Positions 47,673-57,812 of a stretch of DNA of 64,000 nt are shown here, piece by piece (position 1 is the first letter of the stretch; the number at the start of each line of letters is the position of its first letter). This DNA is from an uncultured Alphaproteobacteria bacterium (GTDB taxonomy: Bacteria; Pseudomonadota; Alphaproteobacteria; Rs-D84): the NCBI GenBank assembly GCA_964017835.1, contig CAXHMP010000001.1, positions 9,820 through 73,819 of the forward strand, read 5' to 3'. The position numbers and the translations under genes are program-made. Under the pieces are notes generated by a model. It ran no database searches. It was given only the letters and a program-made list of their open reading frames with translations, and was not told where the DNA came from.

Positions 47673-48740
47673 TTAACGGCACTGGGATTGATACGGATTA
47701 AACACCATCAGATTATGGCGGATGATTTCGTCATTATGCTTTTCATGTTTGCACCCCGCACAGGTTTTATGGTTGCTCATTGTACAATTTTCATGCGGAA
47801 AATATGAGGCATAGTAGTCATTATCAAATCCGGATTGTTCTGCAAAATTTTTCATCCAGTACCGATATGATGCGGCATATTCAGGTTTTTCCTTTAAATC
47901 GTTCAGAAAAACGGACATATGCTGAATCGACGCCCGGGTGTATTTTTCAAGGGCATCCATTTGAGATGGCAATGACGACAATGTGTCCATACGGCGTTTG
48001 TACAGATACAGACTTTCGGGGACGGTAACCACCCGCTTTGCGTGCAGGACGGCCTGCATACAAAACAGCATATCTTCGTCCAGAGCCATCGATTGTGCAA
48101 AACGCAGATTGTGCGCGTTTATGAAATCACGGCGATAGACTGCAAAGTTCGCGCTTTCGCGGGCGTTTGCCTGGCGCAACAGGATGTCTTTGTCTGCGGG
48201 TGATGCGTCATAGACATGTGTGCTTTGATACACGCAGGTGGAAACCATATAATTGTCCGTATAGGTGGTGATTTTGCCGCCCATGGCAATTTCGGTGTTG
48301 TGGTTGTCCGCTGCATCCACCATACGGGTAAAGTAATCCGGGTCATAGCCCAACTGGATTGTGTCACCGGTTTTGTTGTAATCACGGAGAAAGGTTAAAT
48401 TACCCAATGTCTGGGGAAAATCCGACAGGCAATGACAATGCGTGGTTCCAACACAATCGTCACCATCAACAAAACTGATATATCTGCCGCGGGCCATATT
48501 TATACCACGGTTGCGCGCCACGGATACACCAGCGTTTTTCTGGTTCGCCAGGTGAATGTTATGGTGGCGGTCCATGTAATCTTGGACAATGTATTGGGTG
48601 GAATCGGTCGAACCATCGTTAATCACAATGACTTCGAACTGGTCAAAGTTGTTTTGTTCAACAATGCTGCATAGACAATCGCGCAGGTATTTCTGCACGT
48701 TGTATGCCGGAATAATAATTGACAAGTCAGGTTGTTTCAT
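47673..48740 (-). CDS. Family 2 glycosyltransferase
   Basis: N-terminal SIIIPAYN...VINDGSTD and DGDD motifs. Confidence 0.8.
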   Translation of the reverse strand: MKQPDLSIIIPAYNVQKYLRDCLCSIVEQNNFDQFEVIVINDGSTDSTQYIVQDYMDRHHNIHLANQKNAGVSVARNRGINMARGRYISFVDGDDCVGTTHCHCLSDFPQTLGNLTFLRDYNKTGDTIQLGYDPDYFTRMVDAADNHNTEIAMGGKITTYTDNYMVSTCVYQSTHVYDASPADKDILLRQANARESANFAVYRRDFINAHNLRFAQSMALDEDMLFCMQAVLHAKRVVTVPESLYLYKRRMDTLSSLPSQMDALEKYTRASIQHMSVFLNDLKEKPEYAASYRYWMKNFAEQSGFDNDYYASYFPHENCTMSNHKTCAGCKHEKHNDEIIRHNLMVFNPYQSQCR

Positions 48741-48910
48741 AAGACAAATATTAATACAAAAATATTAATTGTCAACAAAAATATTGTAATTTACTTCTTT
48801 ACTTTTCGGACCGGCCATGTATAATTGGCATGAAATTAAAAAACATTGGAAAAACGAATGAAATTTGGAATTAAACGCTTGAACTAATGACGGTGCGACC
48901 ATCAATTTAC

Positions 48911-48946
48911 TGACGGACGCACTTTCTTGGCGTCCGTTTTTTTAAT
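48911..48946 (+). terminator. Hairpin with T-run in the lysS leader
   Basis: gacggacgc...gcgtccgtc followed by T7, about 20 nt before the lysS RBS. Confidence 0.4.
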
Positions 48947-48968
48947 GTCAAGACCAAGGGAATTAATC

Positions 48969-50435
48969 ATGGCAGAAAACACGACAATTTCGACGAATGA
49001 ATTACAGGCGCGCCTGCAAAAGGCCGAAAACATCCGTGCGCGTGACGGTGTTGTGTGGAAGGATAAATTTGACCGCACGCATACCATTGCCGCGGCACGT
49101 GATTTAGATGACGCATCGGCGGTTAAATTGGCCGGTCGTGTGACGGCACTGCGATGGTTGGGCAAATTGATGTTTGGCCGGATATACGATATTGACGGCG
49201 AAATTCAATTTTCAATGTCGCGCGAAGAAATGGGCGAAGAAACCTATAAATTTTTCAAGGCCAATGTCGATTTGGGGGATTTTGTAGGCTTGACCGGTGA
49301 ACTGTATCACACGACGGCCGGCGAATTGACTGTACGGGTTTCGGCCTATGAAATTTTGGCCAAGGCCCTGCGTCCGTTGCCGGAAAAGTTTCATGGGTTA
49401 ACCGATACCGAAACGCGTTATCGCCAACGGTACCTGGACATCATTTCCAACCCCGATGCCCGTGCGGCATTGCTGGGGCGGTTCAAGATGACGCAATATT
49501 GGCGTGATTTTATGAACCGGAACGGATTTCTGGAAATTGAAACACCGATTATGCAAAATGTTGCGTCCGGGGCGGCGGCCAAACCCTTTACGACCCATCA
49601 CAATGCGCTGGATGCGGATTTTCAGTTGCGGATTTCACCTGAATTATTCTTGAAACAGGCAATTGGTGCCGGATTTGACCGCGTCTATGAAGTGGCCAAA
49701 GATTTCCGCAACGAAGGCATGGATGCCATGCATCTTCAAGAATTTACCATGGTTGAATGGTATGCGGCCTATTGGGACTTTGAACGCAATATGAAATTTA
49801 CGTGGGATTTAATCCAAGACCTGTTGATGAAAACCCGCGGCACGTTGAAAATCGAATACCAGGGAACGCCGCTGGATTTCACATCATATGAAACGATGGA
49901 CTATACGGCCAAAATGAACGAGTTCTTTGGATGCAACATTTTGGACTTTGATGATGTGGATGCGTTGCGGGCGCGCCTGGTTGAAAACGGCATGTTCCCG
50001 GCGGGTGAATTGGATGATTTGAAATCTATCCCGGCATTGGTTGATTATGTCTATAAACGTAAAATCCGTGGAAATATCATTAATCCGACATTCCTGTACA
50101 ATTATCCGGCGTATATGGTGCCATTGGCGCGGCGTAACAATGATGATGACCGGCGGATTGACATGTTTCAATTGCTGGTCTGTGGGGCAGAATTGTGCAA
50201 GGGATATTCCGAATTGGTCAATCCCATCCAGCAATTGGCGGCATTCGAAGAACAGGCGAAAAATATCGCCCATGGTGACGAAGAGGCCTTTAACCCCGAC
50301 AACGATTTTGTGCGCGCCATGGAACATGGATTTCCGCCGATTTCGGGCGTTGGCATGGGGGTTGACCGTTTGGCCAGCATAATCTTTGACCAACCGACGT
50401 TGCGTGATGTTATCTTGTTCCCGATTATGAAATAA
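48969..50435 (+). CDS. lysS: Lysine--tRNA ligase (class II)
   Basis: Class II motifs (FRNEG, GxGxDR) and an anticodon-binding OB N-terminus. Confidence 0.9.
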   Translation: MAENTTISTNELQARLQKAENIRARDGVVWKDKFDRTHTIAAARDLDDASAVKLAGRVTALRWLGKLMFGRIYDIDGEIQFSMSREEMGEETYKFFKANVDLGDFVGLTGELYHTTAGELTVRVSAYEILAKALRPLPEKFHGLTDTETRYRQRYLDIISNPDARAALLGRFKMTQYWRDFMNRNGFLEIETPIMQNVASGAAAKPFTTHHNALDADFQLRISPELFLKQAIGAGFDRVYEVAKDFRNEGMDAMHLQEFTMVEWYAAYWDFERNMKFTWDLIQDLLMKTRGTLKIEYQGTPLDFTSYETMDYTAKMNEFFGCNILDFDDVDALRARLVENGMFPAGELDDLKSIPALVDYVYKRKIRGNIINPTFLYNYPAYMVPLARRNNDDDRRIDMFQLLVCGAELCKGYSELVNPIQQLAAFEEQAKNIAHGDEEAFNPDNDFVRAMEHGFPPISGVGMGVDRLASIIFDQPTLRDVILFPIMK

Positions 50436-50444
50436 GGGCGTTTC

Positions 50445-51845
50445 ATGATTACCGAAGATTATATGACGGTATTGACCGCCGATTATGACCGGAAAAATCT
50501 GGACACCATTGCACGTGCCTTGGCATCAAACCGTATTAATGACGAAGCGGCCGATTATTTAACCATGCTGTATTCCAACAGCATGAAGTGGTGCCGCGAA
50601 ATGTTCTATTTCCTGGGGAAATGTTTCGGTGCACCCAAGGCCCCCGTCATGCGTTATGATTATGCAACCGACAGTGCGATTGATGAACCCATTCGGATTG
50701 CAGATATCAATCCGCTGTCGCCCTATATCGTCCAGCATCGTTTGGATGCCGACCCCATGCGGAACCAGTTTTTTGACAATCGCCCCGGCCACCGGGTTGA
50801 TTTGGCTGTTTCATCAATTGTGACGGTTATTGTCGGCGCCCAAAAGAATGTCGACCGGGCGTTGGACAAAGTGACGGGTAAATATTATTCGAAATATGTC
50901 GACGAAGTCGTCGATACCGTTCATCGGGTTATTGCCGCCCATGATTCAGACGATGTGGCGCGTGAAACCGCCGAAAAAATCCGTAAAAAATTGGGGGAAA
51001 ATTATATTTCTGCCCCGTCCGAGGCTGTGTTATCCTTTATCGGTTCGGGACATGAAAAAATTGCCGTTGATTTAGTGCGTGCGCTGGATCGGGTCAAGCG
51101 TCCGCGCATGCGTCTGCAGGATGTGTGGCGGGCCAAGTGTTTGTTCGATTTGGTCCCCCAGGCACGCACCTTTATTGAACGCGTCCGCAAGATGATGCCG
51201 GACCGGGTGCTGTCTGTGCGCGACAGTTTTTATGATACAAACAATCCCCGCAATTATCGCGATGCGAAAATCATTATTGATATTGGGACCGACGGGCGGG
51301 TTATTCCCATGGAAATTATATGCCAGGTGCGGACGTTTTTTGACTTTGAACAGCGTACACACCAAGCGTACGAGGTAACGCGCCAATCTGCGGATGGTCA
51401 AACCGCATCCATGGACCAGATTGTGGCCAAACTGCACGAAGACGGCGTCAAAGAATATAATTTGTTGGTCGTTAGATGTTTGGAAGATTTGTTTGAACGC
51501 GTGGGGTGGAATATTTTATACAGTCACGGATTGAAAACCCCGCTGTTTGATGGGTTCCCAAAAGATTGCACCATGTATTATCCCCAGAAAATGGTCGACA
51601 CCATCATGGATAAATTGGACAATGCCACAGAAAATGAAGTCTTTCATGTGACATCGGCGCCGGCCAAACTGACCATGGCCCAGGAAACAGAAATCTTTCG
51701 GTGGCTGGTGCGGTTTATATTGGTGACGGCGATTCCCTATGCGGATGACAAATGGACGGTTCCGACCGATACAATGTCGGGAAAACTGTTCAATTTCGTC
51801 ATGAAGGAAGTTCAGCGTTATTATAAAAAAAATCCGGTGTCTTAA
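50445..51845 (+). CDS. Hypothetical protein with RelA/SpoT-like nucleotidyltransferase motifs
   Basis: Ordered motifs RVKRPR, DVWRAK, RDSFYDTNNPRNYRDAKIII and MEIICQVRT resemble RSH synthetase motifs in order and spacing. Confidence 0.4.
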   Translation: MITEDYMTVLTADYDRKNLDTIARALASNRINDEAADYLTMLYSNSMKWCREMFYFLGKCFGAPKAPVMRYDYATDSAIDEPIRIADINPLSPYIVQHRLDADPMRNQFFDNRPGHRVDLAVSSIVTVIVGAQKNVDRALDKVTGKYYSKYVDEVVDTVHRVIAAHDSDDVARETAEKIRKKLGENYISAPSEAVLSFIGSGHEKIAVDLVRALDRVKRPRMRLQDVWRAKCLFDLVPQARTFIERVRKMMPDRVLSVRDSFYDTNNPRNYRDAKIIIDIGTDGRVIPMEIICQVRTFFDFEQRTHQAYEVTRQSADGQTASMDQIVAKLHEDGVKEYNLLVVRCLEDLFERVGWNILYSHGLKTPLFDGFPKDCTMYYPQKMVDTIMDKLDNATENEVFHVTSAPAKLTMAQETEIFRWLVRFILVTAIPYADDKWTVPTDTMSGKLFNFVMKEVQRYYKKNPVS

Positions 51846-51973
51846 AGACCTAGGAAATCATACTAAGGCGGTTATTCTGCAATTTTCTTGCTTTCGGCCA
51901 TGTTATACGTCACAATTGATTCAGGTTCTTGTATTGCATGGGAACCCTAACTGCATAACATAAGGAAACGATT

Positions 51974-52309
51974 ATGCGTCAAGGTAAAGTAAAATGGTAT
52001 AACGGCAAGAAATGCTTTGGATTTATTACGCCCGATGCCCCGAATGATGATGGCAACCGGGATGATGTCTTTGTTCATTCCAGCGCGTTAAAGGCGGCAG
52101 ATTTGCGCTTTTTGAATGAAAATGATACGGTTGAATTTGATGAAGAAGTGCGTAACGGTAAACTGTCGGTCACGACATTGAAATTGATTGCGCGTGACGA
52201 AGAATCGGCCCGCCGGTTCCAGGAACGCCGCGCCCAATATCGCAATCGTGATGCGCGGGATTCGGAAAATGAACCCCGTCGCCGCGGATTCGCATTTTGG
52301 AAAAAATAA
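51974..52309 (+). CDS. Cold-shock domain protein with basic C-terminal tail
   Basis: CSD motif GKVKWYNGKKCFGFI. Long 5' UTR. Confidence 0.8.
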   Translation: MRQGKVKWYNGKKCFGFITPDAPNDDGNRDDVFVHSSALKAADLRFLNENDTVEFDEEVRNGKLSVTTLKLIARDEESARRFQERRAQYRNRDARDSENEPRRRGFAFWKK

Positions 52310-52338
52310 AAATCCCCCGACCGGGGGATTTTTTTTGA
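52308..52338 (+). terminator. Rho-independent terminator
   Basis: aaaaatcccccgaccgggggattttttttg. Confidence 0.65.
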
Positions 52339-52905
52339 TTTATTCCGTATGGCGTGGTACATCAGGCTGTTTAGCACCCGGCGCGGGATGACCATCCGGC
52401 CACCCTCTATCAACCCCAATTCCCCCAATGTCACATTCAGCGCCCGCGCGGCGTCTGTGCGACTGACGCGGTTTAACCGCCGGCCGTGCCGCATGGCGCC
52501 ACCAATCAGCCGCGTTTCATTCGATATCACTGGCATACATTTACCCCAAAATTAAAAAATCCGCCGTGATGAAGGGCGGTTGGAGGTTGATTACTACAAT
52601 ACAATAGTGTCGCTTATTCAAATATATCACGACCCTCCAACCAATGGTGGAGTTTGTTTGTATTGGAGGTAATCACACCTCACATCGGTAATCGGCCGAT
52701 GAGATGATGATTATAATTTAATCGTGGGCGAATAACAAGATTTTTTTGTGGCAAACGTTCCTATTGCGGGCGGGGTGGGGCGGATGATAAAATGAACGTA
52801 CCCAACCAAAAAGGCGGATTCATCCGCCTTTTTTTTATTGTCCGATAAACCCGCAACTTTGCATTTTCCATAATTTGGCATAGACGCCGCGATAGCGGCC
52901 CGATG

Positions 52906-53994
52906 TTACTTGATTTCAATGGGGATGACGGTTTGCATTTTGTCCGTGTCCATGGGGTGGACCTGGTGCGCGACAGAATCCCAATCAATTGTTTTCAAAT
53001 CGATTGACCGGATGACACTGTTGTACATGGTGCGGTAATAAATTTTTCGACCCGTCATGTCCATAACGGCGGTCCACTGGGTGGCGGACGGCATGTTGAC
53101 GGGAACCTGGCCGATGGGGAATTCCACCCCGACCGGAATGTCAAAATTGTTCAGGATATGAAACGCCTGCATCACGCCGGCGTATGCCGTCTGTTGCGGG
53201 ACGGCCGTCGATTGGTAAAACGCGGCGCGCACAAACCGTGACGGTGGCGTCACGTCCCCGGGAATTCCCAGCATGCCCGAACCGCTGCCAAAGGCGGTCA
53301 TTTCAATATTCCCCAGTTTTGTGGGACCGGCCGTGCCAGGCTTTAAATTAACGTAATTGTTTAAATTCGTCATGTGCCATTCAAAGCCTGGTGCGTTGGT
53401 CAGCACCCCCAGCGTGTTTTCATAAAAGTGCGGCACGCCGCCAATGATTTCTAAAACGACCTGGCGGCCGGTGAAATCTGTGATGCGCCAATGTACGGTT
53501 GACGACCGTGGGTCAATGCCAACAATACGAATATCGCCGATGGCATCCCGAATCTGGTCGATTGTCGCAAATTCCGACAGCATCCACGACACCAATTGAA
53601 AATCGGATACGGTTTTGTCGGCGTATGCCGGGTCGTATTCAACGTATTGGCCATATCCCGGGAAATAGAACAATTCTGCTACTAAGCCCGCTTCGTTCAT
53701 GCCTTCGACGACGTATTCGGGTTCTTCGACCGCCAGGCCGACATAGCCGTATGTGGCGGTGAATTCCATACCGTCCTTTTGGCCGCCGGGGACAAATGAC
53801 CGCTGGGTATGGCCATGCGGAATGACGGTGTACAGGTTGGTCATTTCACTGCCGCCCCATTCAATGGTGCGCGCCACAATTAATGAATTGTCTTTGGTTT
53901 TCAGGGTGATACCCGTACAGGCATGCGCCCCGGCGGTTATGGCGGCGGCGCCAAGAATCAGCGCGGCCCCGGTTAAATTTTTTTTCGTGTTCAT
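52906..53994 (-). CDS. Choloylglycine hydrolase/penicillin V acylase-family Ntn hydrolase (secreted)
   Basis: A signal peptide ending AHA, followed by the nucleophile Cys (CTGITL). The start was trimmed to the MNTKKNL Met. Confidence 0.6.
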   Translation of the reverse strand: MNTKKNLTGAALILGAAAITAGAHACTGITLKTKDNSLIVARTIEWGGSEMTNLYTVIPHGHTQRSFVPGGQKDGMEFTATYGYVGLAVEEPEYVVEGMNEAGLVAELFYFPGYGQYVEYDPAYADKTVSDFQLVSWMLSEFATIDQIRDAIGDIRIVGIDPRSSTVHWRITDFTGRQVVLEIIGGVPHFYENTLGVLTNAPGFEWHMTNLNNYVNLKPGTAGPTKLGNIEMTAFGSGSGMLGIPGDVTPPSRFVRAAFYQSTAVPQQTAYAGVMQAFHILNNFDIPVGVEFPIGQVPVNMPSATQWTAVMDMTGRKIYYRTMYNSVIRSIDLKTIDWDSVAHQVHPMDTDKMQTVIPIEIK

Positions 53995-54086
53995 AATAAA
54001 ATTATGGCGAAATGCGCCGTGCGTCGCCATAAGAATAATCCCCGCATGTTCGGGGAATAAAAAACGCGGGGATTGCCCCGCGTCAA

Positions 54087-55070
54087 TTAAAATTCGAACC
54101 GTATTCCCAACATAATGTTCACCCAGAACATGTTGTCGCCGTTGAACCAATCCCGGTCGCGGTCGCCATCTTTGGTCGTTAACGCCCATTTGACCGTCGG
54201 AACATATGTTAACCGCGCCCCCAGGTCCAAGAACATCGATTCTGTGATGCCGTACGAAAATCCCGCCGCCAGCAATCCGGCAACGGTGCCGGTGTTCTTT
54301 TCCGATTGGTAAAATTGCAAAATGTCGTATTGGTCCAGTTCCCCGTAATTCTGTAATTCCGCCGACAGAGATAAATCCCCATACAAATCGGTCAGATTTA
54401 AAACCGTTTTGACGTCGGCATATCCCATCCCAAACCCGACATAGGGAATCATTTGACGTGTGGGTTTGACCAAACCGTCGAAAAAGTCGTAAAAGGCCAT
54501 GACACTGAAAATATCAGCAGTCAATTTGGAATGGGCGCCCCCACTTTCGATACGTGCGGTTAATCCCTGGACATTACCGCCATCCAGCGCCAGGTCACCT
54601 GCGAACAGGGGGGATGCGTTATAATCGCTTTCGGCAATATGGTCCCAGCCCAATTCAACGCGCCATTGTGGCGTGTTGGGTATGGTCCATCCCATCGATG
54701 CCCCGGCCGCAAATGAAAACGATGAATAATCTTCGGTCGCGCCCAGTTCTGACAAATTTGCCATTCCGGCGTATTCAAAGCCTTCACATCCGCCGGCATC
54801 AATACAACTTTTGTAATAGGCGGCCGACACAATCGCGCCGTTGTCGGGACTGTAATAATATTCGCCGGTCAATGCGCCCATTTTGTTTTTTATGCCGCCA
54901 AACCCCATCGATGCGCCGCCGCGCACAGATACGATAAAACGCGCGCCGTCGTCCATGTACCATCCGTCGCCGGTATAGACGCCGCTGTATTCCCAATTGG
55001 CATGCGCCGCGCCCACCATCAGGCAGGACAGGGCAGAAGATATAATCAGATTCCTTGCTTTCATGCTCAA
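54087..55070 (-). CDS. Outer-membrane beta-barrel protein
   Basis: Signal peptide, alternating amphipathic strands and a C-terminal Phe (IRFEF). Confidence 0.6.
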   Translation of the reverse strand: MSMKARNLIISSALSCLMVGAAHANWEYSGVYTGDGWYMDDGARFIVSVRGGASMGFGGIKNKMGALTGEYYYSPDNGAIVSAAYYKSCIDAGGCEGFEYAGMANLSELGATEDYSSFSFAAGASMGWTIPNTPQWRVELGWDHIAESDYNASPLFAGDLALDGGNVQGLTARIESGGAHSKLTADIFSVMAFYDFFDGLVKPTRQMIPYVGFGMGYADVKTVLNLTDLYGDLSLSAELQNYGELDQYDILQFYQSEKNTGTVAGLLAAGFSYGITESMFLDLGARLTYVPTVKWALTTKDGDRDRDWFNGDNMFWVNIMLGIRFEF

Positions 55071-55163
55071 AAGTATATCATATTTGTTTGTTTAATAAAA
55101 CCAGATTTTATCCTTTTTCGGGTTGTGATAAAATTCTTGACAAATAATTTTTTTAGGACATAA

Positions 55164-55844
55164 TTGCTAAAAAGGATTTGGTACATGTTCAAACAGTTAA
55201 AGATGAAAACAGCCACCCGGCGCGTTAATCGTGCATCGAACCGGGTTAATTCAAAATCTGCGCGGCCGTCCATTTTGGCGCGCGCGTGGGCATGGATTCG
55301 CTGTATCGATGTAATTGGAATGATTAATCTGACATTGTTGACGGCAATTATCGTCTTGTTTTCCATGTTGATTATGGATGTTATGCGCTGTAACCGGCAT
55401 GTGTCTGTGACCGCGACCCCTGATGTGGCGGCACGTCCCCAGATTACGGTTACCGATGCGTCGGCGCCCCGTGGTGTGCGGCCTCGGCCGGTGATGCGTG
55501 TCGTTGTGCCGCATCAGTCGGTTGAAACAAAATGTCCGGTCGCGGACGCGGTCGAAACGCCGGCCCCGATTAAATATGACATGGCGGGCGATATTATTAT
55601 CGACGCCCGTGACGCGGCGTTACAGCCGGGTGTCAAAATCAACGGTAATTTATATCTGCAAAAGATGCGTAAATTCACGTTGCCGTGTGGAACGTATATT
55701 AATGGCAATTTGTTTCTGCGCGATGTGACGATGCTGCATTTTTGTGGGGAATTTACTGTTACCGGCAATATTTACGTCAGCCCCCGTTCGTCGTTTGGCC
55801 CGATTCCCCGTGATGCACGTCTGGGCGGCCAGGTGATTTTGTAA
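55164..55844 (+). CDS. Hypothetical membrane protein
   Basis: One TM. The start is uncertain. Confidence 0.3.
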   Translation: MLKRIWYMFKQLKMKTATRRVNRASNRVNSKSARPSILARAWAWIRCIDVIGMINLTLLTAIIVLFSMLIMDVMRCNRHVSVTATPDVAARPQITVTDASAPRGVRPRPVMRVVVPHQSVETKCPVADAVETPAPIKYDMAGDIIIDARDAALQPGVKINGNLYLQKMRKFTLPCGTYINGNLFLRDVTMLHFCGEFTVTGNIYVSPRSSFGPIPRDARLGGQVIL

Positions 55845-55961
55845 TCGCAAATTGATGTTCATATCCGCCCCATGTGGGGCGGTATTTTTATTTCGTGGAT
55901 ATTGGGGATATTTTCTGTTATAATACATTCATTCCAACAGATTGAGGGGAGGAAACATATC

Positions 55962-56222
55962 ATGAAAACATTTGAAAAAGTTATCAATGTCATGGCACGG
56001 AATTTGTTCTATACCATTATATTGGCGATAGCAATCGTCTTGTTTGCAATCTTTTCCGACGGCTTGCTGGCGGGGCTGATTACGGCGGCATCTGCGCTGA
56101 TTGCGTACGTGTGCATCGAATTGCTGTACAAGGATTATCATCGCACGGTGGACGCCAAACCGGCATCCAAGCCGGCCAAACGCACCAAGTCACAGAAAAA
56201 GCCGGCATCCCGGAAAAAATAA
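55962..56222 (+). CDS. Small membrane protein with Lys-rich tail
   Basis: Two TM segments. Start trimmed to MKTFEKV. Confidence 0.3.
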   Translation: MKTFEKVINVMARNLFYTIILAIAIVLFAIFSDGLLAGLITAASALIAYVCIELLYKDYHRTVDAKPASKPAKRTKSQKKPASRKK

Positions 56223-56372
56223 ATCCTGTGATTTACATCCCCGCGTACCCCACGAAACGAACCCTGTTTGCGTGGGGCTTGGACGCGGGGATTTTTTGTA
56301 TGATAAAAATCTGCTTTACTTGAAATTCAATATTTCATACAATGACGAACGTCAACAAACAAAGGAAGGAAA

Positions 56373-56876
56373 ATGGCACAAAAACCAGTAAAAAAGACCC
56401 CGGCCAAGAAATCTGCGTCGGTTAAACGGGTGACGGCGCGTCGTGCGGCCCCGGTTGCGGATGATGTAATTATCATCAGCGAACACGATGCCCATCATGA
56501 ACATGCGGGATGCGGTTGCCATGCGGGACATCATTGCGGTTGTATGAACGGCAATCCGTGCAAATGTGGCGGCGGTTTTTGGCGCTTTATCAAACGACTG
56601 TTTTGGTTTTTGGTTATCTTTGCGCTGGGCTTTGCAACATGCATGTTGTTGTGCAACCACGGGCCGCGTCATCATCGTGGGCCGAAAATGCCGATTGAAT
56701 TTGTAAACGGATGCCTGGATATGAATAAAATCGAATGTCCGGAATTTCGTACCAAATTGATGAAGGCCGATATGAACAACGATGGCTGTGTTTCCCGCGA
56801 AGAATATCGCACAGTTAAACAGGCCATGCGTGATGCACGCGGCATGCGTCGCGGTGATAGACCGGCGCAACGCTAA
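56373..56876 (+). CDS. His/Cys-rich membrane protein with EF-hand-like loop
   Basis: HHEHAGCGCHAGHHCGC metal-binding cluster, one TM, and the EF-hand-like loop DMNNDGCVSREE. A terminator follows. Confidence 0.4.
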   Translation: MAQKPVKKTPAKKSASVKRVTARRAAPVADDVIIISEHDAHHEHAGCGCHAGHHCGCMNGNPCKCGGGFWRFIKRLFWFLVIFALGFATCMLLCNHGPRHHRGPKMPIEFVNGCLDMNKIECPEFRTKLMKADMNNDGCVSREEYRTVKQAMRDARGMRRGDRPAQR

Positions 56877-56910
56877 AAATAAAAATCCCGCGATTGCGGG
56901 ATTTTTTTGT

Positions 56911-57162
56911 TTAATTATCAAAAGATTCGTATTCTTCACGGAAAAGCAATTTAATCAATTCCTGGCGCGGGACACCGGCGGTTCCCAAAATTTTTGCCAC
57001 CGTCCCCAGCGACAGCCACCTGGGTTTGCCATCGCGGGTCCATCGTTTGCTTTTGTTAAATGTTGTTGGATCCAATTTGCATGCCCGGGCCAATCCGGAA
57101 CAAGACAAACCCATCAGGGATGCAATTTGGTCAATTGTATCCCAACTTCCTTTGTGTGTCAT
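56911..57162 (-). CDS. Small HTH-like protein
   Basis: 83-aa ORF with a putative HTH segment. Confidence 0.3.
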   Translation of the reverse strand: MTHKGSWDTIDQIASLMGLSCSGLARACKLDPTTFNKSKRWTRDGKPRWLSLGTVAKILGTAGVPRQELIKLLFREEYESFDN

Positions 57163-57224
57163 ATCCCCTCCTTTCCTAGGAATAAAATCTAGACTCGGTT
57201 GTTTATTTTAATACGAATCGCGAT

Positions 57225-57542
57225 ATGGTTGAATTGGTAAGTTTTCCTAGGGCGAAAAAACAGGATTTGAAATATTTGCCCAGACTGACGACATCATACC
57301 TATTGGTGGGCATTGGGCATGATGATATGATTATATTATATACCAACCCAGGGACTTTTGCAATGCCGATTATCAAGGGATGTTCACGCCGCGCGATTTC
57401 AGAAAATATTCGAACCGAAACCCGGGCCGGTCGGCCGCATAAACAGGCGGTGGCCATTGCATTATCCATTGCGGATAAAAATGCATACAAATGCAAACCG
57501 CGCGCGCATAAGGCCGCCATCGGTTCAGGTAAAAAGAAATAA
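57225..57542 (+). CDS. Hypothetical protein
   Basis: ORF with a basic C-terminus. Confidence 0.25.
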   Translation: MVELVSFPRAKKQDLKYLPRLTTSYLLVGIGHDDMIILYTNPGTFAMPIIKGCSRRAISENIRTETRAGRPHKQAVAIALSIADKNAYKCKPRAHKAAIGSGKKK

Positions 57543-57812
57543 CAAACGCCCGCATGGGGCGTTTGTTTATTATCGCTGATTTTGATTTCTCTCGATTTCC
57601 AGCCACATCTCGTACAGTGCATATTTGACACGGTTAAGGGCGCTGCTGTTTTTTTGCAATTTATTGGGCGAGCTGTCATCCAGATAACGGCCGACAAAAA
57701 CGCTTTTTTCATCCAGCGCTTTATGCAATCCCTTATCTTTGGGATATGCCGCTTTGACCAGCGCAATAAAGTATTGTGGGTAATCATATTTCATGTTTTT
57801 TCCTTTTGGTTG

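Noticed and set aside
52075-52536. 153-aa minus-strand ORF with an HTH-like N-terminus
   Set aside because: It runs straight through the csp gene and its terminator on the opposite strand. Only the first 70 codons could be independent, and those are not supported by an RBS.
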